IMG/VR virus record: IMGVR_UViG_3300025782_000022
DNA length: 46,760 nt
Direction: 5' to 3' (one strand)
Origin: a virus
Shown: piece after piece, positions 24,351 to 33,099 of the stretch
Position numbering within the stretch: position 1 is the stretch's first letter
Layout of the letters: each line of letters starts with the position of its first letter
The notes under the pieces: model-generated
The model's input: the letters and a program-made list of their open reading frames with translations, nothing else
The model's database searches: none
Told to the model about the DNA's origin: nothing
Position numbers and translations under genes: made by a program

Positions 24351-24522
24351 GCAAATGACCTGGAATGAATTTGAGGAAGAACTATTACAGTTTTATGCTC
24401 AATTGGCAAATTCAAAAGGTTGGATTGATGAAGCAAGGCGGGCGGTCAGGCAAGTTGAAAAGTTATTTCCTGGTTTTGGTCAAAAAGTAGCTAAACGAAT
24501 GAAAGAATTAAAAAATGAATGA
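24340..24522 (+). CDS. Hypothetical protein (60 aa, TTG start)
   Basis: SD aagga lies 7 nt before the TTG. Confidence 0.5.
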   Translation: MKLEQMTWNEFEEELLQFYAQLANSKGWIDEARRAVRQVEKLFPGFGQKVAKRMKELKNE

Positions 24523-24769
24523 TGAAATACGCAAAAAAATAGTACATATCAATGCTGATATGGCTAAAAAAACGCAAACAATAACCATGTCAGTTGATGA
24601 ATGGTTTATGGAATATTCTGAAAGACTAGCAAAAGAAATATTAGAACATTGCATAAAAATCGTGACTGAAGAAGAATTCAAGATATTCAAAACAATTGCG
24701 CATCCAGAAGTTGGAACGTTTACGCCGTACATTGCAATGGAACTTAAAAACCAATTGGGGGAATTATGA
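24515..24769 (+). CDS. Hypothetical protein (84 aa)
   Basis: Coupled ORF. Confidence 0.6.
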   Translation: MNDEIRKKIVHINADMAKKTQTITMSVDEWFMEYSERLAKEILEHCIKIVTEEEFKIFKTIAHPEVGTFTPYIAMELKNQLGEL

Positions 24770-24936
24770 AAGTATTATCAACGCCATCAGAATACATTTC
24801 TCAGAAGATGATGATGAACTATTATTTGTTTCTTGCTGAAAATGAATTTATTGAAGGTAATGACCAAACAAGTTGGGAATGGTTATTTAAATATGCTCAA
24901 TACAGATACAGTATTGACCAAATGGTGTTTGATTAA
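24766..24936 (+). CDS. Small protein (56 aa) missed by the ORF track
   Basis: MKVLSTPSEYISQKMMMNYYLFLAENEFIEGNDQTSWEWLFKYAQYRYSIDQMVFD. ATGA overlap upstream and TAATG overlap downstream. It exactly fills the gap. Confidence 0.65.
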   Translation: MKVLSTPSEYISQKMMMNYYLFLAENEFIEGNDQTSWEWLFKYAQYRYSIDQMVFD

Positions 24937-25223
24937 TGCGCAGGGCGGCTAGGCGGGACGAAAATGAGCCAGATATTATTAAAGCACTCAGACAAGTTGG
25001 AGCATGTGTTTATCCAATGGATGAACCATGCGATTTATTGGTTGGATTCCGTAACCAAACAATTTTGATGGAAATTAAAAATCCAAAAAATAATTACGGT
25101 AAAAAAGGGTTTAACAAAAATCAACGTGAATTTTTTGAAAGTTGGCGAGGCGGTATTTATTTCGCAGTTGATTCAGTTGATGCCGCACTCAGGGTTTTAA
25201 ATGTAATAAAGGAAATTAAATGA
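24936..25223 (+). CDS. VRR-NUC / PD-(D/E)XK-type nuclease (possible junction resolvase)
   Basis: ...EPDIIKALRQ...PCDLLVGF...ILMEIKNP...NQREFFESW pattern (D...ExK plus Q..W). Confidence 0.6.
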   Translation: MRRAARRDENEPDIIKALRQVGACVYPMDEPCDLLVGFRNQTILMEIKNPKNNYGKKGFNKNQREFFESWRGGIYFAVDSVDAALRVLNVIKEIK

Positions 25224-25420
25224 CAAAAGTTGAAGCAGTTGTATTACTAACCGAACATTTTAGCGAAGGATTAGTTAGAACTATTATTGATGCAATAGTT
25301 GAAGATGAACGTGAGGAATGTGCAAAGGTGTGTGATGCTATGGATAGCATAAGCGATTACTACACATTAAGGGTTGAGTTAGTTTGTGCTCAAGCTATTC
25401 GTGCAAGGGGACAAGAATGA
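25220..25420 (+). CDS. Hypothetical protein (66 aa)
   Basis: Coupled ORF. Confidence 0.55.
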   Translation: MTKVEAVVLLTEHFSEGLVRTIIDAIVEDEREECAKVCDAMDSISDYYTLRVELVCAQAIRARGQE

Positions 25421-25752
25421 GTGAAGCACCACATAAAGCCGTTGATTTCATTAGGGATAACGCCGCCGCATTTGGTAAAGCTAAATCCAACAGGGTATTT
25501 TTGGAAGAATTTAGGAAATCCAAAAAAGCATTACTTATGAAAGATGCGCTTTTAAAAGGGATTGAAGCCGCCAACGCCCAAGAACGTGAAGCATACGCAG
25601 ACCCTGAATACGAAAAACTGCTAAAAGGGCTTGCAGAAGCCATCGAAACCGAAGAAACGCTAAAGTGGCAAATGACCGCCGCAAGCCTGAAAGTTGAGAT
25701 TTGGCGAACCGAAGAAGCTACAAACAGGGTTCAAGACAGGGCGCACCAATGA
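25417..25752 (+). CDS. Hypothetical helical protein (111 aa)
   Basis: Start moved to ATG 25417 (ATGA overlap, SD aagggga). Confidence 0.6.
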   Translation: MSEAPHKAVDFIRDNAAAFGKAKSNRVFLEEFRKSKKALLMKDALLKGIEAANAQEREAYADPEYEKLLKGLAEAIETEETLKWQMTAASLKVEIWRTEEATNRVQDRAHQ

Positions 25753-26021
25753 ACTCCAAGCTAACCCAAGCGGACAGGGATTATTTGTTTCATGTGAAAC
25801 AATTACCCTGCGGAGTATGCGAAGCACCCCCGCCATCGTCCGCACATCACATTAAACAGGGGCTACACCATACCTGCATACCCCTTTGCGCCGATTGTCA
25901 CCAGGGCGGTTTTAACGGCATACATGGACAAAGGCGCATCTGGAACATAAAGAAACTGGATGAACTAATAGTTCTCAACAACACCATCAAAAAGCTATTT
26001 CAGAAGTATGATATTATTTAA
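25749..26021 (+). CDS. HNH-type nuclease (Ref/DUF968-like) upstream of terminase
   Basis: CGVCEAPPPSSAHHIKQG...IPLCADCHQGGFNGIH. Start at ATG 25749 (ATGA overlap). Confidence 0.65.
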   Translation: MNSKLTQADRDYLFHVKQLPCGVCEAPPPSSAHHIKQGLHHTCIPLCADCHQGGFNGIHGQRRIWNIKKLDELIVLNNTIKKLFQKYDII

Positions 26022-26045
26022 AAATAATATATTAGGGGGTATCCA

Positions 26046-26282
26046 ATGGCATCATTCAACGCAGTTCAAAAGGTAGAAAAGTTTTTATTAACAAACCCTG
26101 GCAAGAAAACCCTTGCAGAAATCAGGGATGGTAGCGAAGCGTTAAGATCACAGGACGTAAGCATGGCACTCAATTACCTGCTACGCAAGGAAAGGGTAAC
26201 AAGGGAAGTCGTTAAAAACACAAACCCAAACGGTCGCAAAACAGTATTCTTGTACACCTACAAAGAACCAGTAACACAATAA
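26046..26282 (+). CDS. Small winged-helix-like protein (78 aa)
   Basis: ORF with SD aggggg. The fold assignment is tentative. Confidence 0.5.
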   Translation: MASFNAVQKVEKFLLTNPGKKTLAEIRDGSEALRSQDVSMALNYLLRKERVTREVVKNTNPNGRKTVFLYTYKEPVTQ

Positions 26283-26286
26283 TATT

Positions 26287-26838
26287 ATGGGCAGAAAAAG
26301 CAAGCTATCACCCGAACAATGGGAAGAAATTAAGAGAAGGCACATTGTCCTTGGGGAATCTGTTAACTCGCTTGCCAAGATGTATGGTGTTAACGAAAAA
26401 ACCATTCGGATATATTTAGGACAAAATAAAACTCCGAAGCAGTCCGAAACTCCGAACTCGGAACAAAAAACCATTAAGGAAGCCATTCAGGATGCTTCAA
26501 TAACGGTCATAGAAGCCCTCAAGTCAACAGGATTGCCCGAAGATGACCAAAGGATAGCCCTTGAACTTGCAAACACTCTGACAAGCGTTAAAAGCAAGCT
26601 GAGTGAGACTGCAAACAATAATCTAATCGTAGCCCTTGAGTTGTCCAAAATATCCAGGGAAGGCGTAAAGCATATAAAAAGTGAAACAGGCGTTGATGTT
26701 GATATGCTCAAGCAATTACAAGTATTAGGAAACGTCACAAACAATTTTGCGTTCCTGGGCAATGAAGTTAACAAGTCAGCCAAAGCCAAAATCGAAGTTG
26801 ATAACGACCTGCTGATCGAAGGCGGATTACCTTTGTGA
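26287..26838 (+). CDS. terS: Terminase small subunit (putative)
   Basis: N-terminal HTH-like KLSPEQWEEIKRRHIVLGESVNSLAKMYGVNEKTIRIYL. It lies directly upstream of, and overlaps, the large-subunit gene. Confidence 0.6.
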   Translation: MGRKSKLSPEQWEEIKRRHIVLGESVNSLAKMYGVNEKTIRIYLGQNKTPKQSETPNSEQKTIKEAIQDASITVIEALKSTGLPEDDQRIALELANTLTSVKSKLSETANNNLIVALELSKISREGVKHIKSETGVDVDMLKQLQVLGNVTNNFAFLGNEVNKSAKAKIEVDNDLLIEGGLPL

Positions 26839-28121
26839 AAATAATACTACCAACCCTGCACAGTGGTCAGGTCGATATATTTAAACAACGTACCAGGGCG
26901 AATATTGTCAGGTGCGGTCGGCGATGGGGAAAGACTAAGCTACTGGAAACAATCGCTTGTAATTCGGCGGCGTTTGGCGAATCGGTAGGAATATTTGCCC
27001 CTGAATACAGGCAGTTGCAAGAACCTTGGGATCATATTAAGGAAATCCTGCAACCTATTATTATTTCATCCTCCAGGAGTGAGGGAACAATTAAGGTTAG
27101 GTCAGCCAACGGAAAACAAGGCAAAGTTGATTTTTGGATACTGAATGACAATGAATTAGCAGGTCGAGGGCGGGAATATAACAAAACTTTGGTGGATGAG
27201 GCGGCGTTTACGAAGTCACCCCAAATGCTCGATATTTGGCGCAAGTCGATTAAGCCCACAATGTTGACCACTAAAGGCACTTCATGGGTATTTAGTACGC
27301 CCAACGGTATAGATGCCGAAAACTTCTTTTATGAGGCTTGCAACAACCCCGAAATGGGTTTTACGGAGTTTCATGCCCCAACCAGTACAAATCCTTATGT
27401 ACCCGCAGATGAACTCGAAAAAGAACGCCTGGTCAATCATCCCCTGGTATTTAAGCAGGAGTTTTTAGCCGAATTTGTAGATTGGTCAGGAGTTGCGTTT
27501 TTTTCGATGGACAAAATGCTTGTGGATGGCAAGCCAGTACCCTACCCTCAAAAATGCGATGGTGTTTATGCGGTGATTGATACTGCGGTGAAATCAGGCA
27601 AAGAACACGATGGAACTGCAATTATTTATATCGCAATGAATAAGTATTATGGTCATCCCCTAGTAATACTTGACTGGGATATTGTGCAAATTGACGGTGC
27701 AATGCTTGAAAATTGGATGCCAAGCGTTTTCAGCAGACTAGAAGAATTGTCCAAGGCAACCAGTTGCAAGCTAGGTGTAGTTGGCAGTTTTATTGAGGAT
27801 GCGGCGGCAGGTTCAATACTACTTCAGCAGGGGCGAACCAGGGGATGGAATACTCATGCAATAGATAGTAAACTCACTTCAGTTGGAAAAGATGAACGTG
27901 CAATTAGCGTTTCTGGTCATTTTCACCAAGAAAAGATTAAAATCAGCGATTATGCGTTCGATAAGGTCGTTAATTTTAAAGGCGCAAGCAGAAATCACTT
28001 GATTACTCAGGTCACAGGCTTTAGGATTGGCGATAAAGATGCGCACAAAAGAGCAGACGATTTGCTTGACGTTTTCACTTATGGGATAGCAATTGGAGTT
28101 GGTGATAAATATGGCTACTAA
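26835..28121 (+). CDS. terL: Terminase large subunit
   Basis: Walker A-like CGRRWGKTK, Walker B KTLVDEAAF, and a C-terminal nuclease-like region. It sits before the portal gene. Confidence 0.8.
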   Translation: MKIILPTLHSGQVDIFKQRTRANIVRCGRRWGKTKLLETIACNSAAFGESVGIFAPEYRQLQEPWDHIKEILQPIIISSSRSEGTIKVRSANGKQGKVDFWILNDNELAGRGREYNKTLVDEAAFTKSPQMLDIWRKSIKPTMLTTKGTSWVFSTPNGIDAENFFYEACNNPEMGFTEFHAPTSTNPYVPADELEKERLVNHPLVFKQEFLAEFVDWSGVAFFSMDKMLVDGKPVPYPQKCDGVYAVIDTAVKSGKEHDGTAIIYIAMNKYYGHPLVILDWDIVQIDGAMLENWMPSVFSRLEELSKATSCKLGVVGSFIEDAAAGSILLQQGRTRGWNTHAIDSKLTSVGKDERAISVSGHFHQEKIKISDYAFDKVVNFKGASRNHLITQVTGFRIGDKDAHKRADDLLDVFTYGIAIGVGDKYGY

Positions 28122-28130
28122 AGGATAAAT

Positions 28131-29543
28131 ATGTCATACGTTACAGTAAGTAATACTGCCGTTAATTCGGAATTGATGCAGATTTTAGAAGCCAATGAAA
28201 TCCAACCAGGTTCAGATTTAGGCTATCAGCTATGTAAGTTATTGTGGGAATTTCACCCACTTGGCGGGAAATTGGTTGAAAAGCCAATCAAATTAGCCCT
28301 ATCTAAGCCCCGAATCATTGCGGTGGATGCCGAACCCAAAGATATGCTTGTTGATGCGTTTAACAGGGAATGGGAAAGTCTTGGCGCAACGGCGCACATT
28401 CGTGACACCATGTTTCTGAAAAGGGTTTACGGTGCATCAGCTATCGTTTACGGCGCACCCAATATTCCAACAACAGAGCCAATTGACCCTTGGAAACTTT
28501 CCGAACTTAATTTGTATTTCAACCAATTAGACCCGCTGAACTTGGCGGGTTCTATCGTTACCAACCAGAACCCCAATGCTCCAGATTTTCAAAAGCCATT
28601 ACCTTACACAACTGCCGCAGGTCAACCTTATCATCCAAGCCGTTCAGTTGTGCTATTTAATGGCACTCCTATTTATTTAAGTTTCCAATCGTCAGGATTT
28701 GGTTTTACTGGTCGTTCAGTATTCCAAAGGGCTTTATACCCAATGAAGTCGTTTGTTCAGTCGATGGTGACTGATGACCTAGTGACGTTCAAGGCGGGAT
28801 TGTTAATTGCCAAGCAAAAACCCGCAGGTTCAATTGTTAATCGTTTGATGCAGACTGCCGCAGGTATCAAGCGCACCTATTTGCAGGAAGGCGTATCTGG
28901 CAATGTATTATCAATTGATATTGACGAAGCCATTGAAGCGTTAAATTTGACCAATACTGATACGGCGATGACAACGGCAAGAAATAATATTATTGCTAAT
29001 ATTGCCGCCGCCTCAGATGTTCCCGCTTTACTGTTAAAGGACGAAGCGTTCACCCAAGGATTTGGAGAAGGTACAGAAGATGCAAAAGCAATCGTCCAAT
29101 ACATTGATGGAATTAGGGAGGAAATGCACTCTCTTTATAAATTCTTTGACAAAATCGTTCAACATAGAGCATGGAATAAAGATTTCTTTGAAGCCGTTAA
29201 AAACAAATATCCTGAAACGTATGACAACAAAACGTATGAAGAAGCGTTCTATCATTGGCAGGAAAAATTCGATGCTTCATGGGAATCCCTCATGGAAGAA
29301 CCCGAATCAGAGAAGGTCAAAGTTTCGGATATTAAATTAAAAGGTATGACCGAAATACTGCGCACGATGTTGCCAGTTATTGACCCAATGAACAGGGCAA
29401 AATTGATGGAATGGGCGCAAGATAATATCAATGAAATGCCTGATATGTTCCAAAGCCACTTGGATTTGGATATTGAAAATCTAATGGATTATGAGCCGCC
29501 TACCCCAATGCCTGAACCTAAAGAACCTGCGGCAAAGGATTAA
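28131..29543 (+). CDS. Portal protein
   Basis: 470 aa, immediately after terL, with an acidic C-terminus. The family assignment (DUF1073-like) is tentative. Confidence 0.7.
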   Translation: MSYVTVSNTAVNSELMQILEANEIQPGSDLGYQLCKLLWEFHPLGGKLVEKPIKLALSKPRIIAVDAEPKDMLVDAFNREWESLGATAHIRDTMFLKRVYGASAIVYGAPNIPTTEPIDPWKLSELNLYFNQLDPLNLAGSIVTNQNPNAPDFQKPLPYTTAAGQPYHPSRSVVLFNGTPIYLSFQSSGFGFTGRSVFQRALYPMKSFVQSMVTDDLVTFKAGLLIAKQKPAGSIVNRLMQTAAGIKRTYLQEGVSGNVLSIDIDEAIEALNLTNTDTAMTTARNNIIANIAAASDVPALLLKDEAFTQGFGEGTEDAKAIVQYIDGIREEMHSLYKFFDKIVQHRAWNKDFFEAVKNKYPETYDNKTYEEAFYHWQEKFDASWESLMEEPESEKVKVSDIKLKGMTEILRTMLPVIDPMNRAKLMEWAQDNINEMPDMFQSHLDLDIENLMDYEPPTPMPEPKEPAAKD

Positions 29544-29545
29544 TT

Positions 29546-30214
29546 GTGCTATTTAAAAACTTAATAAATAATACATTTGTTGTTGCAATTGATGGATTGG
29601 AACAAGATTATTTGCGAGATAAAAATTATCGAATAGCTAGGGATTCTGATTTTAAAGAATCGGAACATCCAAGAGATGCTGACGGTAAATTTGCATCATC
29701 TGGAAACACCAAAAGCCAAGAAGGTACTTTGGAAAGAATGAAAAAAGAAGTTCCAGAATCAGTTGAGAATGAAATATTTGGTGAAACTGGATATATATAT
29801 TACACACCCCATAGACCAATTGAAAATTCTCAAGAAAAAATGTTAGGCACAAAAATTAAACCTTTACATGAAAGAGTTTTTGTATCTGATAAACCATTAA
29901 GTTCTGATAAATTAAATGACATTGAAGCAATACCAATTTCTCAAGAATCAAAGCATCAATTTGCTAAAGAATTAGCCGATTCGGGAGTTGTTGGGATGAT
30001 GAACAAAGATGGTAAAAGATTTTCTTTTGTTCATAAAAGCACAAAACACGATGGAAAAATACAAATAACCTATTATGATAAAAGTGGTGCAATTCTTGAT
30101 AGTCAACATAATGATAGAGCATCGGCTATTGAAGAATTAATTGAAGGTGGATTTATGAAAATTTTGCCTGAAGAAAAAGTAGGTTCATTGATTCAAAAAG
30201 TTATGGTGGGTTAA
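29546..30214 (+). CDS. EHPRD-xx-GKF leader protein 1 (222 aa, unknown C-terminal domain)
   Basis: GTG start. DFKESEHPRDADGKFASSG at 29663..29692. The N-terminal roughly 55 aa is paralogous to the next gene. Confidence 0.7.
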   Translation: MLFKNLINNTFVVAIDGLEQDYLRDKNYRIARDSDFKESEHPRDADGKFASSGNTKSQEGTLERMKKEVPESVENEIFGETGYIYYTPHRPIENSQEKMLGTKIKPLHERVFVSDKPLSSDKLNDIEAIPISQESKHQFAKELADSGVVGMMNKDGKRFSFVHKSTKHDGKIQITYYDKSGAILDSQHNDRASAIEELIEGGFMKILPEEKVGSLIQKVMVG

Positions 30215-31387
30215 ATGAAATTTAAAAATATTAAAACAGGCAATATTATTAATCTTCATGAACGGCTTATGCCGCTTTTTAAGTTTGTAATTCGTTCAGA
30301 CGAATATGTTTTTGTAAACGATGATTTTAAAGAACATGAACACCCAAGAGACCCAAGCGGAAAATTTACTTCTGGCGGTGGTGGTGGGGGCGCATCAGTT
30401 GAGCCTACCAAGACAGAAAAGCCAAGTTTGGAATTGTTAAAAGCGTATAACAAAGGCTTGAAAGAAATGCCAGGTTCGCCTAAGCAAAAGGAAACTTTGC
30501 AAGAAATCGAAAAGCTAAGAAGTTCTGAACCTGCACCAACTGAAAAACCCGCAGAAAAAAAAGGCAGAGGATTTGAAAAAGGCGGCGTTGATAAGCATGG
30601 ATTTGAAAGATCACCAGGACTAACCCCAAAACAAAGGCGAGTTGAAGGAACTTTTTACAACGCCATCAGAACCAATCAGCAACAATTGATTTCTGATTAT
30701 TGGCAAGCAATGAAGAAAGAAAAGTTTTTCAATACTATTGATGCTGACCAGGTTAAGAAATTAAGCCCTGCGTTCAGAAAAGATATGTCGATGGTTGGCG
30801 CAGTCCATGAGCCAAGTTCTCATTTGTCAAAAGTCATTTACAAACAAGCGTTAGAGAAAAAAGCCAGAGAAAACGATAAAAGCCCAACAATGTTTACAGC
30901 AGGTGGAAGCGGTTCAGGAAAGTCGGCTACTTCCCCCCTTGCGGCATCTATGTTTGGATTGAAGGACGATAACCTGGTTTACGATTCGGTTATGTCAACA
31001 TTCAAATCGTCCAAGCGCAAAGTTGACGAAGCACTTGATATGACCGAAGGTGATGCGGTGATTGTTTACACCAATACGCCTATTGAAAGGGCTTTAAAGT
31101 TCAACGCAATGCGTTCTAGGTCTGTATCTATTGACGTTCTAATTGAAGCGCATATGGGCGCATCTAAGACGGTGCATGAGATGCACGAACATTACAAAGA
31201 CAATCCGAGAGTTAAGATGCAAATTATCAATAATTTTGACGAACCGCATAATGTGCATTTGGGTACATTAAAAGGCGTATTTAAATACGACCCCGCAGTT
31301 ACCAGGCAAAAATTGGAACGCCAAGCTAAAGAAATGTTTGCTAAAGGCGAAATAGGTAAGGACAAGTTAAAAACACTTCTAGGGTAG
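30215..31387 (+). CDS. EHPRD-xx-GKF leader protein 2 with C-terminal zeta-toxin-like P-loop kinase domain
   Basis: DFKEHEHPRDPSGKFTSGGGGGG (30338..30367). ...VHEPSSHLSKVIY... is followed by the Walker A TAGGSGSGKS (30902..30925). Confidence 0.65.
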   Translation: MKFKNIKTGNIINLHERLMPLFKFVIRSDEYVFVNDDFKEHEHPRDPSGKFTSGGGGGGASVEPTKTEKPSLELLKAYNKGLKEMPGSPKQKETLQEIEKLRSSEPAPTEKPAEKKGRGFEKGGVDKHGFERSPGLTPKQRRVEGTFYNAIRTNQQQLISDYWQAMKKEKFFNTIDADQVKKLSPAFRKDMSMVGAVHEPSSHLSKVIYKQALEKKARENDKSPTMFTAGGSGSGKSATSPLAASMFGLKDDNLVYDSVMSTFKSSKRKVDEALDMTEGDAVIVYTNTPIERALKFNAMRSRSVSIDVLIEAHMGASKTVHEMHEHYKDNPRVKMQIINNFDEPHNVHLGTLKGVFKYDPAVTRQKLERQAKEMFAKGEIGKDKLKTLLG

Positions 31388-31440
31388 ATGTATTATAATA
31401 ATAGACAAGGTGATTCAGTTCACCAGAAAGAGAGTATCTT

Positions 31441-31620
31441 ATGAGTATTGATTTTGAAAAAGCTAAAACAGAATGGTTAAAAACTCTCAACGGTAAAAGT
31501 TTGGAGCAATACAAAGCCGAAAATGACCAACGCATTTTGCTTGCGATGGAGAAAATCGGCAACGAACCCAAAAATAAAAAGCTATGGGACGAAGCTGAAA
31601 GCATGGAAGATTCTGAATAG
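31441..31620 (+). CDS. Small protein (59 aa) missed by the ORF track
   Basis: MSIDFEKAKTEWLKTLNGKSLEQYKAENDQRILLAMEKIGNEPKNKKLWDEAESMEDSE, followed by a strong terminator. Confidence 0.55.
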   Translation: MSIDFEKAKTEWLKTLNGKSLEQYKAENDQRILLAMEKIGNEPKNKKLWDEAESMEDSE

Positions 31621-31644
31621 TTTAGAAAACAAAAGACCACAAAT

Positions 31645-31677
31645 AACCCCCTTTAGAAATATTGGGGGTTTTTTTTC
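31645..31677 (+). terminator. Intrinsic terminator
   Basis: aaccccc-12 nt loop-gggggtt followed by a T8 run. Confidence 0.8.
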
Positions 31678-31690
31678 GACCAAAAAGCAA

Positions 31691-31749
31691 CAAATTGCAA
31701 ATAAATAATACTTATCCTATTGTGTTTATGCTTAATAGGTATAAAATAA
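31691..31749 (+). promoter_or_regulatory. Island element E1 (inverted repeat plus GGTATAAAATAA box)
   Basis: caaattgcaaataaataatacTTATCCTATTgtgtttatgcttAATAGGtATAAaataac. The box lies 46 nt before the next ATG. Confidence 0.6.
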
Positions 31750-31785
31750 CAATTGTGGTGGTTAAGAAGTTAAAGGAGAAAAATC

Positions 31786-31935
31786 ATGGAACTAGCAAGA
31801 TACGGTTACTTGGTGATTCATGGAATTACGGAAGTTCGGGCGATATACCTGGCGGCAAAAATCAAAAGGCATTACGGTCGTGCGAGAGCCGCTTTAACGA
31901 TGATTAGAAGATACGAAGCCACAGGTCATTTTTAA
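31786..31935 (+). CDS. Small basic protein (49 aa), first gene after E1
   Basis: SD aaaggagaaaaatc ATG. MELARYGYLVIHGITEVRAIYLAAKIKRHYGRARAALTMIRRYEATGHF. Confidence 0.55.
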   Translation: MELARYGYLVIHGITEVRAIYLAAKIKRHYGRARAALTMIRRYEATGHF

Positions 31936-31954
31936 CACTTTGAAAGGAAATCAA

Positions 31955-32311
31955 ATGAAAGTTGCAGAAAAAATCAATTACCTTGGAATTTACATGGAAG
32001 CTACTCGTGCAGGTTGTGCGGCAGTCAATGGCATGGACGTTACGCCCGCAATTTTTACAAATGATGGCAAAGAATTCTTTTACGTTGCTGATGGTGCTTG
32101 CGGATTTGCATGGGTTGTCATTCGTGACATAAAGTTTGCAAACTTCCTGAAAAAAATGGGTGTCGGTCGCAAAAGATACAACGGCGGTTATTTGATCTGG
32201 GTATTTGATTACAACCAGAGTATGCAGAAAAAAGAAGCATACGCCGAAGCGTTTGCGCAGGTTCTAATAGATAACGGCATTAATGCTTATGCTGAGAGAA
32301 AATTAGATTAA
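31955..32311 (+). CDS. Hypothetical protein (118 aa)
   Basis: Start set at the ATG after gaaaggaaatcaa. The ORF-track TTG start reads through the SD. Contains GACGFAWV...GGYLIW...QSMQKKEAYAEAFAQVL. Confidence 0.7.
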   Translation: MKVAEKINYLGIYMEATRAGCAAVNGMDVTPAIFTNDGKEFFYVADGACGFAWVVIRDIKFANFLKKMGVGRKRYNGGYLIWVFDYNQSMQKKEAYAEAFAQVLIDNGINAYAERKLD

Positions 32312-32316
32312 TCAAT

Positions 32317-32334
32317 GCCCCTGCGGGGGCTTTT
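32317..32334 (+). terminator. Short GC hairpin plus T4 (weak terminator/attenuator or processing site)
   Basis: gcccc-tgcg-ggggc-tttt between two island genes. Confidence 0.4.
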
Positions 32335-32347
32335 AAAAGGAAATCAA

Positions 32348-32506
32348 ATGACGTACGAACAAGCAAAAAAAATAGTGGGAAGACAACCCAAATGGGCAAT
32401 TAAAAATATGCTCAAAGCCCTGCAAATGCTCCCTTGGTTAAATACTGATGAAGACAACGAAAGATTACTGGCTTGCAAAATTTACTTGAAAGGAAATAAA
32501 GAATGA
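32348..32506 (+). CDS. Small protein (52 aa)
   Basis: ATG after aaaaggaaatcaa; [52 protein letters not shown]. Confidence 0.6.
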   Translation: MTYEQAKKIVGRQPKWAIKNMLKALQMLPWLNTDEDNERLLACKIYLKGNKE

Positions 32507-32721
32507 AATTTACCAAAGCAAAAAATATTTGGCAAATGACCAAAGATGAAATGGCAAAGTTGCCAAAAGGTCAATGGGTTTATGCAGGTGAAAAATCAAG
32601 TTTAGGCAGGTTTTACGGAGTTCGGAAAAGTGGAGTTGTAGTTGTTGCTTGGAAGGACAACGCAAAAAATAACGATTACTTCGATTACTGCAAAAAACTT
32701 TACCAATATTCTTTAAATTAA
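32503..32721 (+). CDS. Small protein (72 aa)
   Basis: ATGA coupling; SD gaaaggaaataaaga. Confidence 0.65.
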   Translation: MKFTKAKNIWQMTKDEMAKLPKGQWVYAGEKSSLGRFYGVRKSGVVVVAWKDNAKNNDYFDYCKKLYQYSLN

Positions 32722-32778
32722 TTTGTTGCAATTATGCCTAATCAGTATATTTATATGCCAATTAGGTATAAAATAAAG
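32718..32778 (+). promoter_or_regulatory. Island element E2
   Basis: ttaatttgttgcaaTTATGCCTAATcagtatatttatatgccaATTAGGTATAAaataaagg. The box lies 44 nt before the next ATG. Confidence 0.6.
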
Positions 32779-32810
32779 GCTTAGAAGGTAATAAAAAAAG
32801 GAAATTAATC

Positions 32811-33077
32811 ATGTATGTAGTTTATGAACCAAATATCCAATTAAATGCAAAAAATCAAAAAGTTATTGAAATTTGTAGAAATGGTGGATACGTTAAATAT
32901 CAATTGGAAAAAAACTATTTCGGTCAAGAAAAATTTCAAATTCGTGTTTATGATTTAAATGGTGATGTAGTGAAAGGGTTTGGGTATAAAGCAATTTATA
33001 ACGCAATTGCAAGTGGTATTTTGGTTAAAAAAGAAATTCCAAATACAAGTGCTTATGCAACTATTTGGGCAATTTAA
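32811..33077 (+). CDS. Small protein (88 aa)
   Basis: SD aaaaggaaattaatc ATG. Confidence 0.65.
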   Translation: MYVVYEPNIQLNAKNQKVIEICRNGGYVKYQLEKNYFGQEKFQIRVYDLNGDVVKGFGYKAIYNAIASGILVKKEIPNTSAYATIWAI

Positions 33078-33099
33078 TTAATTATTGAAAGGAAATCAA

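Noticed and set aside
26181-26789. Minus-strand ORFs 26181..26486 and 26487..26789 (about 100 aa each), and 25395..25643
   Set aside because: They are antisense to the coupled plus-strand genes (winged-helix protein, terS and the 25417 gene). They have low-complexity Ser/Leu-rich sequences and no initiation signals.
31391-31440. A TATAAT hexamer (31394..31399) and a ggtga-6 nt-tcacc hairpin upstream of the 59-aa ORF, considered as an additional island promoter
   Set aside because: There is no acceptable -35 or extended -10 in phase, and the stem is only 5 bp. It is kept as a remote possibility only.
31662-31907. ORF-track 81-aa ORF spanning island element E1
   Set aside because: It starts inside the terminator T-tract and reads through the promoter-like element. 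The 49-aa ORF 31786..31935 in another frame has a proper SD (aaaggag) and fits the cassette pattern.
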